Positions 25,261 through 33,370 of a stretch of DNA of 39,300 nucleotides are shown one piece after another. A program made the translations under genes and the position numbers. The notes under the pieces were generated by a model. That model searched no databases. It was not told where the DNA came from and worked only from the letters and a program-made list of their open reading frames with translations. Source of the DNA: an uncultured Eubacteriales bacterium (GTDB taxonomy: Bacteria; Bacillota; Sulfobacillia; DYIH01; JBBIPI01); assembly GCA_964467515.1 (NCBI GenBank), contig CAYXQP010000004.1, positions 1-39,300 on the forward strand, in the 5' to 3' direction. The first letter of the stretch is position 1. Each line of letters begins with the position of its first letter.

Positions 25261-26268
25261 TTGAGGAGGCGCGCGCTGACGCTGCTGGCGGTCATCCTGC
25301 TGGTCCTGGTCGGAATCCCGGTGGCGGTGGTGCGGCGCGGCGGGGAGCGGGGGCGCTGGCCTGCGCGCGCGGGTGCCCCCACCGCCATGGCCGTCACCCC
25401 CGGTTTTCCCGAGGTGAGCCTCTACGACTCCGCCACCGGGAAGGTGCTCCGCCTTCCCTTGGAGGAGTACGTGGCCGGCGTGGTGGCGGCGGAGATGCCG
25501 GCCTCCTTTCACCCCGAGGCCCTCAAGGCCCAGGCCGTGGCGGCGCGGACCTACGCCGTCCTCCATGTCCGCGCCTTCGGGGGTGAGGGGTGCCGTTCCC
25601 ACCCCGAGGCCGACCTCTGCTCCGATCCCCGGGAAGGGCAGGCCTGGATGCTCGTGGATCGACTCCGCCGTCAGTGGGGGCGGCAGTTCGAGACGAACTG
25701 GTCCCGGGTGAGGGAGGCCGTCGCCGCCACGCGGGGGCTCATCGCGGTGTTCCGCAACCGGCCCATCGAGGCCGTCTATCACGCGGCCTCGGGGGGCGTG
25801 ACCGAGGACGCCGTGGCCGTGTGGGGCCGGGCGGTGCCGTACCTGAGGAGCGTGTCCTCCCCCTTTGAGGCCGGGACGCGCCATGACCGGGTGGCGGTGA
25901 CCATGACGGTGGCCGAGGCGGCGCGCCGGACAGGCGTGTCTCTCGCCTCCCTGCGGCGCACGACGGCCGCGGGCGTGGCGCCCGTGGCGGTGGCGGCCCG
26001 GACGGCCTCCGGCCGCGTGGCCGTCCTGCGCGTGGGTGACAGGAGGCTGACGGGTGAGGAAGCCCGTGCCGCTCTCGGTCTCCGCTCCACCCTCTTCACG
26101 GTGCGGGTGAGCGGCGACGCGCTCGTCGTCGAGAGCAGGGGTTACGGCCACGGCGTCGGGCTCAGCCAGTACGGGGCCGACGGACTCGCCCGGCGCGGCT
26201 ACGACTTCCGGCGCATCCTGGCTCACTTCTACCAGGGCACGACCGTGCGGCCCCTCTTCTACGAGTGA
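25261..26268 (+). CDS. spoIID: Stage II sporulation protein D (lytic transglycosylase)
   Basis: N-terminal TM anchor, LEEYVAGVVAAEM, EALKAQAVAARTY, GYGHGVGLSQYGA; murA-spoIID synteny. Confidence 0.95.
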   Translation: MRRRALTLLAVILLVLVGIPVAVVRRGGERGRWPARAGAPTAMAVTPGFPEVSLYDSATGKVLRLPLEEYVAGVVAAEMPASFHPEALKAQAVAARTYAVLHVRAFGGEGCRSHPEADLCSDPREGQAWMLVDRLRRQWGRQFETNWSRVREAVAATRGLIAVFRNRPIEAVYHAASGGVTEDAVAVWGRAVPYLRSVSSPFEAGTRHDRVAVTMTVAEAARRTGVSLASLRRTTAAGVAPVAVAARTASGRVAVLRVGDRRLTGEEARAALGLRSTLFTVRVSGDALVVESRGYGHGVGLSQYGADGLARRGYDFRRILAHFYQGTTVRPLFYE

Positions 26269-26381
26269 CGGCGCCGCCGCCCCGGTTTCCCTCCCGCCGC
26301 CTCCGAGCTAGTAAACGTAACGAGTCGCCTCTGCCGGTCCGATTGGAACACATGTCCCCCATGCGATTCTGGGTAAACACG

Positions 26382-26410
26382 GCATTATTCTGACGCCTGG
26401 TCATATAGAT
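26382..26410 (+). promoter_or_regulatory. Putative sigmaE promoter for spoIIID
   Basis: GCATTATT-N12-CATATAGAT resembles the mother-cell sigmaE consensus; spoIIID is sigmaE-dependent in Bacillus and Clostridium. Confidence 0.5.
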
Positions 26411-26444
26411 TGGGCAAACGCCCGGGCCGAAGGGGGACGTGGTC

Positions 26445-26726
26445 ATGAGGGACCACATCTGGAACAGGGTTCTGGAAGTGGGCCGCTACATAGCCCGGAC
26501 GCGGGCCACCGTGCGGGACGCGGCCCGCGTCTTCGGCGTGAGCAAGAGCACCGTTCACAAGGACGTGACCGAACGGCTGCCCCGGCTCAACAAGGAGCTG
26601 GCGGACACGGTGAAGCACGTGCTGGAGTACAACAAGTCGGAACGGCACCTGCGAGGGGGGGAGGCGACGAAGCGCAAGTACCTGGGCGGCCAGCAACCGG
26701 CGGTGTCGGGCAAGGTCACGGAATAG
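26445..26726 (+). CDS. spoIIID: Sporulation transcription regulator SpoIIID
   Basis: TVRDAARVFGVSKSTVHKDVTERL HTH and RHLRGGEATKRKY. Confidence 0.98.
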   Translation: MRDHIWNRVLEVGRYIARTRATVRDAARVFGVSKSTVHKDVTERLPRLNKELADTVKHVLEYNKSERHLRGGEATKRKYLGGQQPAVSGKVTE

Positions 26727-26819
26727 GAACGGGATTTCTCTCTCTCCTGGCAGGTTTCTGGCACTTCGTGTCGAAATCGAGATGCGGCGGAGGACACGGA
26801 GGGGGAGAGGAGAAAGGGG

Positions 26820-27830
26820 TTGTTCAACCTCAACCACGACATCGGCGTCGACCTGGGGACGGCTAACACCCTCGTTTTCGCGCGCAGCCGGGGCATCGTC
26901 ATCCGGGAGCCCTCGGTGGTGGCCCTGGACCAGGAGACGGGCAAGGTCCTGGCCGTGGGCCATGAGGCGCGGCGGATGCTGGGTCGCACCCCCGGCAACA
27001 TAGTGGCCTTGCGACCCCTGCGAGACGGGGTGATAGCCCACTACGACGCCACCGAGGTCATGCTGCGCCACTTTCTGGGGCGGGTCCTCGGGAGGTACAG
27101 CGTCATCCGGCCCAGGGTCATGGTCTGCGTCCCCTCGGGCATCACCAGCGTGGAGCAGAGAGCGGTGCTGGAGGCGGCCCAGGTGGCCGGCGCCCGCCGC
27201 ACCTACCTCATCGAGGAGCCCCTGGCGGCGGCGCTGGGCGCGGGCCTGGACATCAGCGAGGCCCGCGGTTCCATGGTGGTGGACATAGGGGGCGGCACGG
27301 TGGACATCGCCGTCCTGTCCTTGGGCGGCATCGTGGTGAGCGCTTCCCTCAAAGCGGGGGGAGACAGGTTCGACGAGGCCATCATCCGTTACATGAAAAA
27401 GGAGCACAACCTGGCGGTCGGCGAGCGTTCGGCCGAGGAGATCAAGGTTGCCATCGGCACCGTGGACCCCGAGTCTCCCGTCCGCCGGACCGAGGTGAGG
27501 GGGCGCGACCTGATCACGGGGCTTCCCCGCACGGTGAACATCTCCTCGGAGGAGGTGTGCCGGGCGGTGGAGGAGGTCACCACGGCCATCGTGGACGGCG
27601 TGCGGGCCGTCCTCGACCGGACGCCGCCCGAGCTGGCCGCCGACATCCTCGAGAGGGGCATCGTGCTCACCGGCGGGGGCGCCCTCCTGGACGGCATGGA
27701 CCGGATCCTCTCCCGCCACACCGACGTGCCCGTCATAGTGGCGGAGGACCCCCTGAGCTGCGTGGTCCTCGGTGCGGGCAAGGCCCTGGAGACCATAGAC
27801 GTCCTGCGTCCCCAACTGCTCAGCAGGTAA
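26820..27830 (+). CDS. mbl: MreB-like protein Mbl
   Basis: DIGVDLGTAN, EPSVVA, RPLRDGVIA, DIGGGT, LTGGGALL; spoIIID-mbl-flhO synteny supports the mbl paralogue. Confidence 0.88.
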   Translation: MFNLNHDIGVDLGTANTLVFARSRGIVIREPSVVALDQETGKVLAVGHEARRMLGRTPGNIVALRPLRDGVIAHYDATEVMLRHFLGRVLGRYSVIRPRVMVCVPSGITSVEQRAVLEAAQVAGARRTYLIEEPLAAALGAGLDISEARGSMVVDIGGGTVDIAVLSLGGIVVSASLKAGGDRFDEAIIRYMKKEHNLAVGERSAEEIKVAIGTVDPESPVRRTEVRGRDLITGLPRTVNISSEEVCRAVEEVTTAIVDGVRAVLDRTPPELAADILERGIVLTGGGALLDGMDRILSRHTDVPVIVAEDPLSCVVLGAGKALETIDVLRPQLLSR

Positions 27831-27930
27831 CCGCTCGCCTTCGCGGGGGGCCCCGGAGCGGCAAGCGGCCCCGGGCGGAACGCCCGCCGCCCGCGGGGTT
27901 CATCCTGTGGGCTTCCCCTCCCCCGGACAA

Positions 27931-27941
27931 TGTGGTATATA
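27931..27941 (+). promoter_or_regulatory. Putative extended -10 promoter for riboswitch-flhO-flhP
   Basis: TGTG-G-TATATA, with TTCCCC 17 bp upstream. Confidence 0.45.
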
Positions 27942-27973
27942 GGGTGAAAGCGGGCCAAGGCCCGCCTCGCAGA

Positions 27974-28070
27974 GGCTCCGACAAGGGCAAACCCGGCGAA
28001 AGCCGGGGGCGCAAAGCCACGGGTCTACGGCTCCCGGTGGGAGCTAGGACGGCCGGGCTGCCGAAGGGCC
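27974..28070 (+). ncRNA. Cyclic di-GMP-I (GEMM) riboswitch aptamer
   Basis: GGGCAAACC-N-GAAA tetraloop-N-GG, GCGCAAAGC, GGGTCTA receptor arm, GCCGGGCTGCCGAA. G20 (27986) and C92 (28061) equivalents are present, and P1 GGCTCCG/CG(AA)GGGCC can form. Confidence 0.93.
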
Positions 28071-28098
28071 GGTGAGCCAGCCTTATCGGATGCGTCCA

Positions 28099-28131
28099 CC
28101 CCGTGCCGGAGCCGGCGCGGGGTTTCTTCTT
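28099..28131 (+). terminator. Riboswitch expression-platform intrinsic terminator
   Basis: 10-bp stem CCCCGTGCCG-GAGC-CGGCGCGGGG then TTTCTTCTT, located before the flhO RBS. Confidence 0.85.
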
Positions 28132-28152
28132 GCCGGAGGGGGGTGGCGGGCA

Positions 28153-28890
28153 GTGCTGCGGGGCATCTACATGGCGGCGGCGGGCATGCTGGCCGAGGAA
28201 GCGCGCCAGGAGGTGGTGGCCAACAACCTGGCCAACGCGGGCACCACCGCCTTCAAGCGCGAGGCGGCCACGGTTCTGGCCCGGGACGGGGTGGAGATGG
28301 AGCGGATCGCCGACGGCGGGGCTGCGCCCATCGGTGAATGGGGAGGGACGGTGGCTCCCGGACCCCATGCCGTTGACCTGCGTCAGGGCGGCTTGCAGCC
28401 GACGGGGCGTCCCCTGGACCTGGCCTTGGTGGGGAGGGGTTTCCTTGCTCTCGAGACACCGGGGGGTGTCCGGTACACCAGGGACGGCTCCCTGCGCGTG
28501 GACCGGGAGGGGTACCTCGTCAACGCGGACGGCCATCGCGTCCTGGGGGAGAGCGGTCCCATTCAGGTGGGGGGCGGCGAGGTGACGGTCTCTTCCGGGG
28601 GGGAGGTCACGGCCGGCGGCCAGGTGCGGGGACGGCTGCGGGTGGTGGACTTCCCGGCCGGCTCTCTCACAAGGGATGGAGGCAATCTCTTTCGCGCTCG
28701 GGACGAGTCCCAGGGGAAGCCGGCGGCGGCCACGGTGCAGACAGGCCACCTGGAGCTGGCCAACGTGCACGTGGTGCAGGAGATGGCGGACCTCATCGCC
28801 GTGATGAGAGCGTACGAGGCCAATCAGAGGTTGATCCGGGCCCAGGACGAGACCCTGGGCCAGCTCGTGAGCGAGGTGGGGAAGGTATGA
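28153..28890 (+). CDS. flhO: Flagellar basal-body rod/hook protein, FlgF/FlhO-like
   Basis: MLRGIYMAAAGM, ANNLAN, TGRPLDLAL.G.GF, YTRDG, LELANV..VQEM..LI...RAYEAN. GTG start at 28153 chosen by homology. Confidence 0.85.
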   Translation: MLRGIYMAAAGMLAEEARQEVVANNLANAGTTAFKREAATVLARDGVEMERIADGGAAPIGEWGGTVAPGPHAVDLRQGGLQPTGRPLDLALVGRGFLALETPGGVRYTRDGSLRVDREGYLVNADGHRVLGESGPIQVGGGEVTVSSGGEVTAGGQVRGRLRVVDFPAGSLTRDGGNLFRARDESQGKPAAATVQTGHLELANVHVVQEMADLIAVMRAYEANQRLIRAQDETLGQLVSEVGKV

Positions 28891-29666
28891 TCCAGTCCCT
28901 CTGGTCGGCGGCCAGCGGCATGGAGGCGCAGCAGCTCAAGGTGGATGCCATCGCCAGCAACCTGGCCAACGCCAGCACGCCCGGATACAAGGCGAGCCGT
29001 GTCACCTTCCAGGACCTCCTCTACCTTGGTGCGGGAGCCGAAGAGGGGGAGGGCCCCCAGGTGGGCACCGGCGTGCGGGTGGCGACGGTACGGCGGGACT
29101 TCGGGCAAGGGGCCTTGGAGGCCACAGGCGCTCCCTGGGACCTGGCCCTGGAGGGGCCGGGCTTCCTGGCCGTGAAGCTGGCCGACGGGCAGCCCGCCTA
29201 CCGCCGCGGCGGCAGTATGCACTTTTCCCCGGTGGGCAATGACAGGCTCCTCCTGGCGGACGAAGCGGGGAACCCTGTCCTGGACGACAGGGGGCAGCCG
29301 GTGGAGATGGCGGCCGCCGATGCCGCGGCCGTGACGGTGGACCCCACCGGCGCCCTCGTGGCGCCGGGCAGCGATGGGCAGCCCCGTCAGGTGGCGAAGC
29401 TGGGGGTTCACGTCTTCGCCAATGCCGAGGGGCTGGCGGCCCTGGGCAACGGCCTTTACCGGGCGACGCCCGCCTCCGGCGAGGCGCGGGCCGCCAAGGC
29501 GGAGGACGGCGTCTCCGTCCGCCAGGGGATGCTGGAGGGCTCCAACGTCCAGGTGGTGCAGGAGATGGTGGGGCTCATCGTGGCCCAGCGGGCCTACGAG
29601 CTGGCGGCCCGGGCCGTCCAGAGCTCGGACCAGATGATGGAGATCGCCAACAACCTGAGGCGCTGA
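28887..29666 (+). CDS. flgG: Flagellar basal-body rod protein, FlgG/FlhP-like
   Basis: MIQSLWSAASGMEAQQ, IASNLAN, QVGTGVR, QGMLEGSNV, AQRAYE, DQMMEIANNL. Confidence 0.88.
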   Translation: MIQSLWSAASGMEAQQLKVDAIASNLANASTPGYKASRVTFQDLLYLGAGAEEGEGPQVGTGVRVATVRRDFGQGALEATGAPWDLALEGPGFLAVKLADGQPAYRRGGSMHFSPVGNDRLLLADEAGNPVLDDRGQPVEMAAADAAAVTVDPTGALVAPGSDGQPRQVAKLGVHVFANAEGLAALGNGLYRATPASGEARAAKAEDGVSVRQGMLEGSNVQVVQEMVGLIVAQRAYELAARAVQSSDQMMEIANNLRR

Positions 29667-29680
29667 CGTGGGGAGGGGGG

Positions 29681-31546
29681 TCACTTGCCAGGGGCCGTGA
29701 GGGCGCCGTCGGCGTCGGGGGCCGTCGGCACCTCCGCCACCCGGACGCGGTTTCGGCCCGCGGCCTTGGCCGCGTAAAGGGCGTCGTCGGCGGCCCTGAT
29801 GAGGGATTGCCGGTTGGAGGCGGCGTCGGGATAGGTGGCCACCCCGGCGCTGAGGGTGATCCCCGTCAGCTTGTGCCCGCCGGGGACATCAATGGCGGCC
29901 GACTCCAACAACTGCCTGATTCTCTCCAGGACCGCCAGGGCGCCGTCGGCATCCGTCTCCGGGAAGATGATGGCTATCTCCTCGCCGCCGTAACGGGCGG
30001 CCAAGTCACTGCTCCGGAGGCTCTCTCTCAGGATGTGGGCCAGCTGTCGCAGCACCTCGTCGCCCACCTGGTGGCCGAAGGTGTCGTTTACCTGCTTGAA
30101 GCGGTCCAGATCCAGCATGGCCAGGGCCAGGCGCGAGCCCGACCGGGAGGCCCGGTTGATCTCCTGGTCCAGCCTCTCCTGGAAGAAGCCGTGGTTGTAC
30201 AGGCCCGTCAGCGGGTCGCGGGTGGCCAGGTCCTGCAGCACCAGGTTGAGGCCGCGGAGGTCGGCGAGGAGGAGGTCCCGCTCCCGCGTGTAGTGGTCCA
30301 GCCGCTTGGCGACGATGGCGGCCACCGTCATCATGGCCGCCGTGGTGAGCCCGTGGCTCGTCACGTGCCAGCCGATGACGGCAGGGCTGAAGCTGGCTCC
30401 CCAGCCGCTGTCGCGGACGAGCTCCAGGGCCGAGAGGACCAGCGTGATGCCGCCCGTGAGGAAAACGCCCTGCAGGCCGAGGACGATGCCGGCGAGCGGT
30501 ATCGGTATCAGGGCCATGGAGAGATAGAGGAGGGCCTTCAACTCGTCCGCCGTTATCATGAGGAAGCTGAGGGATCCGCTGAGAAAGGCGAAGTGAACCA
30601 GGGCCCGCTGGCGGGGATGCCCGGGGCCGACCCGGGGCCAGAGGACGTTGAAGACCGTCAGGGCCCCCATGGTGGCGGCAAGGGAGCGCCACCCGGGGCT
30701 CCGGGCCTCGCCGGTGAAGACGGGGATCAGGGTCAGGACGCAAACGAAGAACCAGGTTATGAACTCGAGATAGGAGTAGTCTATGGGAGCCCCGCCCGGC
30801 TCGGTCGCTTCCAGGTGGCGGGCGGGGGCGGGCTCGCGCCTGAGGCGCAGGATCAGGGGTGCCAGGGCGAGGCTCGCGTAGACGGCCACGCCCGTCCAGA
30901 CCCGCACGAGGGCGAAGTTGGCCGCCAGGGCCGTCAGCACGAGGAAACAGGCAGCGTCGGCCGCCGGTCGCAGGGTCGCGGGCCCGCGGCCGGCCAGGAG
31001 GACGGCCTGCAGGCCGCCCGCCAGGATGGCACCGGCGGCGAAGGGGAGCGGCCCCACGAGGTGGGCGACGGGGTACGCAGCGGGTGGGAAGCGGTGGGGT
31101 AGGAAAAGCAGGAGGAGGCCCAACACCAGGAGAAAGACGGTCAGGACGGCCCGGTGGAGGTCGAGGGGAGGCCGCCAGCCCCTGCTCTCGGCGAAGGCGG
31201 TGTACAGCAGGCCCAGGGCGAGGAGGCCGTAGATCAGCACGCCCGAGGGAACGGAGGTGGAGGCGAAGTTGGCCGCCAGGAGGACAAAGGGGAGAGAGGC
31301 CAGGAGGCGTCCGGGCGCCGAGAAGGGCGGCCGGACCGGCCCGCCCGTCTGGGCCAGCAGGTAGGCTCCCGTCGCCACGGTCAGCGGGGCGAGGAGGTGG
31401 AAGTGCTGGCGGACCAAGGGAGCGTAGAGGGTGGGCGAGAGGGTGCCGCCGGCGATGAAGAAGGCGATGCCCAGGGCGACCTGAGCCAGCCCCGCCGCGA
31501 AGATGAACGGCAAGAGGTCGGCGCCTTTCTGCCTCGCAGTGTCCAC
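29681..31546 (-). CDS. Integral-membrane diguanylate cyclase (GGDEF domain)
   Basis: DPLTGLYN, DLDRFKQVNDTFGHQVGDEVL, RSSD I-site, RYGGEEI; long polytopic N-terminus. GTG start at 31546 follows a GAGGAGG RBS (ORF extends to 31612). Confidence 0.93.
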   Translation of the reverse strand: MDTARQKGADLLPFIFAAGLAQVALGIAFFIAGGTLSPTLYAPLVRQHFHLLAPLTVATGAYLLAQTGGPVRPPFSAPGRLLASLPFVLLAANFASTSVPSGVLIYGLLALGLLYTAFAESRGWRPPLDLHRAVLTVFLLVLGLLLLFLPHRFPPAAYPVAHLVGPLPFAAGAILAGGLQAVLLAGRGPATLRPAADAACFLVLTALAANFALVRVWTGVAVYASLALAPLILRLRREPAPARHLEATEPGGAPIDYSYLEFITWFFVCVLTLIPVFTGEARSPGWRSLAATMGALTVFNVLWPRVGPGHPRQRALVHFAFLSGSLSFLMITADELKALLYLSMALIPIPLAGIVLGLQGVFLTGGITLVLSALELVRDSGWGASFSPAVIGWHVTSHGLTTAAMMTVAAIVAKRLDHYTRERDLLLADLRGLNLVLQDLATRDPLTGLYNHGFFQERLDQEINRASRSGSRLALAMLDLDRFKQVNDTFGHQVGDEVLRQLAHILRESLRSSDLAARYGGEEIAIIFPETDADGALAVLERIRQLLESAAIDVPGGHKLTGITLSAGVATYPDAASNRQSLIRAADDALYAAKAAGRNRVRVAEVPTAPDADGALTAPGK

Positions 31547-31687
31547 GCTGTCCTCCTCGACGGTTGTCCCAGCTCCTGGATCTTGCGACTGATCGAAGCC
31601 GCGGCGCGCCAACCCAGGGCCTTACCTTATTAATCCGTTTCTCCGACGGTTGCCGGAACGTCATGGCGCCCAGGGGGCACCAGACTT

Positions 31688-31696
31688 TGATATTAT
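31688..31696 (+). promoter_or_regulatory. Putative extended -10 promoter for fabZ-thrC-thrB
   Basis: TG-A-TATTAT. Confidence 0.55.
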
Positions 31697-31729
31697 CGTT
31701 GCGGACTCTTGCGAGTAAAGGTGGCCGAC

Positions 31730-32263
31730 TTGGCGGCGGAGGGCGGGGCGCAACCATCTTCGAAGGCGGCGGGCGGGCTCGCGGCGGCGGAGGTCGCCCT
31801 GCTCCTGCCCCACCGCTATCCCTTCCTCCTGGTGGACCGCGTCCTGGAGCTGGAGCCCGGCCGGCGCATCACGGCCGTCAAGAACGTCACCCACAACGAG
31901 CCCTTCTTTCCCGGTCACTTCCCGGGTTATCCCGTGATGCCGGGGGTGCTCATGGTGGAAGCCCTGGCCCAGGCGGCGGCCGTCTGCCTGGCGGCCGGCG
32001 GCGAGGCCGGGCGGCTGGGACTCTTCGCGGGCCTGGACGGCGTGCGCTTCCGGCGGCAGGTCTTTCCCGGCGACACCATCCTCCTGCGGGTCGAGGTGAC
32101 CCGCCGGCGGGGATCCCTGGTGAAAGCCAGCGGCAGAGCCCTGGTGGGAGACCTGGTGGCCGTGGAGGCCGAAGAGCTGAGCTTTGCCCTGGTGGAGCTG
32201 GACCGGCCCGGCGGGCGGCCGGGGGGGCCGCCGGAGACGCGGGTGCGGCCGACCGGGGCCTGA
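31730..32263 (+). CDS. fabZ: 3-hydroxyacyl-ACP dehydratase
   Basis: [13 protein letters not shown] and [20 protein letters not shown]. Start approximate. Confidence 0.97.
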   Translation: MAAEGGAQPSSKAAGGLAAAEVALLLPHRYPFLLVDRVLELEPGRRITAVKNVTHNEPFFPGHFPGYPVMPGVLMVEALAQAAAVCLAAGGEAGRLGLFAGLDGVRFRRQVFPGDTILLRVEVTRRRGSLVKASGRALVGDLVAVEAEELSFALVELDRPGGRPGGPPETRVRPTGA

Positions 32264-32287
32264 CGGCAAAGGGCGGCGGGTGATAGG

Positions 32288-33370
32288 GTGGGCTGGCGCG
32301 GGATACTGCACGAGTTCGGCCAATACCTTCCCCTGGACGGCGAGACGCCCCTCCTCAGCCTCAACGAGGGGGACACGCCCCTGGTGGAGGCGCCGGAGCT
32401 GGCCCGGCGCTCGGGTTGCGATCTGAGGCTTTTCCTCAAGTGCGAGGGCCTCAATCCCACCGGCTCCTTCAAGGACAGGGGCATGGTGCTGGCGGTGGCA
32501 CGGGCGGTGGCCGAGGGTGCGGAGCGGGTGGTGTGCGCCTCCACGGGCAACACCTCGGCTTCGGCGGCGGCCTACGCGGCGCGCGCCGGCCTCCCCTGCC
32601 TGGTCCTGGTGCCGCACGGCAAGGTGGCCCTGGGCAAATTGGCCCAGGCCATCGTGTACGGGGCGCGGGTCGTGGCGGTGGAGGGCAACTTCGACCAGGC
32701 CCTGGCCATGGTGCGGGAGTTGGCGGCCACCCGGCCCGGCACCACCCTGGTCAACTCGGTGAACCCGTATCGCCTCGAGGGGCAGAAGACGGCGGCCTTC
32801 GAGGTCTGCCGCGACCTGGGTGATGCCCCCGACTACCTGGCCATCCCCGTGGGCAACGCCGGCAACATCTCGGCCTACTGGCGCGGCTTCGTCCAGTGGC
32901 ACGAGGCGGGGCGCTGCCGCCGCCGACCCAGGATGCTCGGGTTCCAGGCTGCGGGGGCGGCCCCTCTCGTCTACGGGCGGCCGGTGGAGCGGCCGGAGAC
33001 GGTGGCCACGGCCATCCGCATCGGGCAGCCGGTGAACGGCGAACGGGCGCGGACTGCGGTCCGGGAGTCGGGGGGGCTCTTCGCCGCGGTGACCGACAGC
33101 GAGATCCTGGCCGCCTATCACCTGCTGGCCGAGGCGGAGGGCATCTTCGCCGAGCCGGCTTCGGCCGCCTCGGTGGCCGGCGTGCTCAAGCTGGCCGGCC
33201 AAGGATACTTCCCGCGGGGAGCCACCGTGGTGGCGGTGCTGACGGGCAACGGTCTCAAGGATCCGGACACGGCCATGGCGACGGGCGCCGAGCCCGTCAT
33301 CCTCCCCGCCCGGTTGGACGCCCTGGAGGCGCTCCTCTCCGGCTCCTCCGTCGCAGCGGTGCCGGTATGA
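32288..33370 (+). CDS. thrC: Threonine synthase
   Basis: EGLNPTGSFKDRG (PLP Lys), CASTGNTSASAAAY, VNSVNPYR, PVGNAGNI, EPASAAS. Confidence 0.97.
   Translation: MGWRGILHEFGQYLPLDGETPLLSLNEGDTPLVEAPELARRSGCDLRLFLKCEGLNPTGSFKDRGMVLAVARAVAEGAERVVCASTGNTSASAAAYAARAGLPCLVLVPHGKVALGKLAQAIVYGARVVAVEGNFDQALAMVRELAATRPGTTLVNSVNPYRLEGQKTAAFEVCRDLGDAPDYLAIPVGNAGNISAYWRGFVQWHEAGRCRRRPRMLGFQAAGAAPLVYGRPVERPETVATAIRIGQPVNGERARTAVRESGGLFAAVTDSEILAAYHLLAEAEGIFAEPASAASVAGVLKLAGQGYFPRGATVVAVLTGNGLKDPDTAMATGAEPVILPARLDALEALLSGSSVAAVPV

Noticed and set aside
27974-31546. cGAMP (GEMM-Ib riboswitch / Hypr GGDEF) signalling
   Set aside because: The aptamer has G, not A, at position 20, and the cyclase has Asp, not Ser, at the specificity position.
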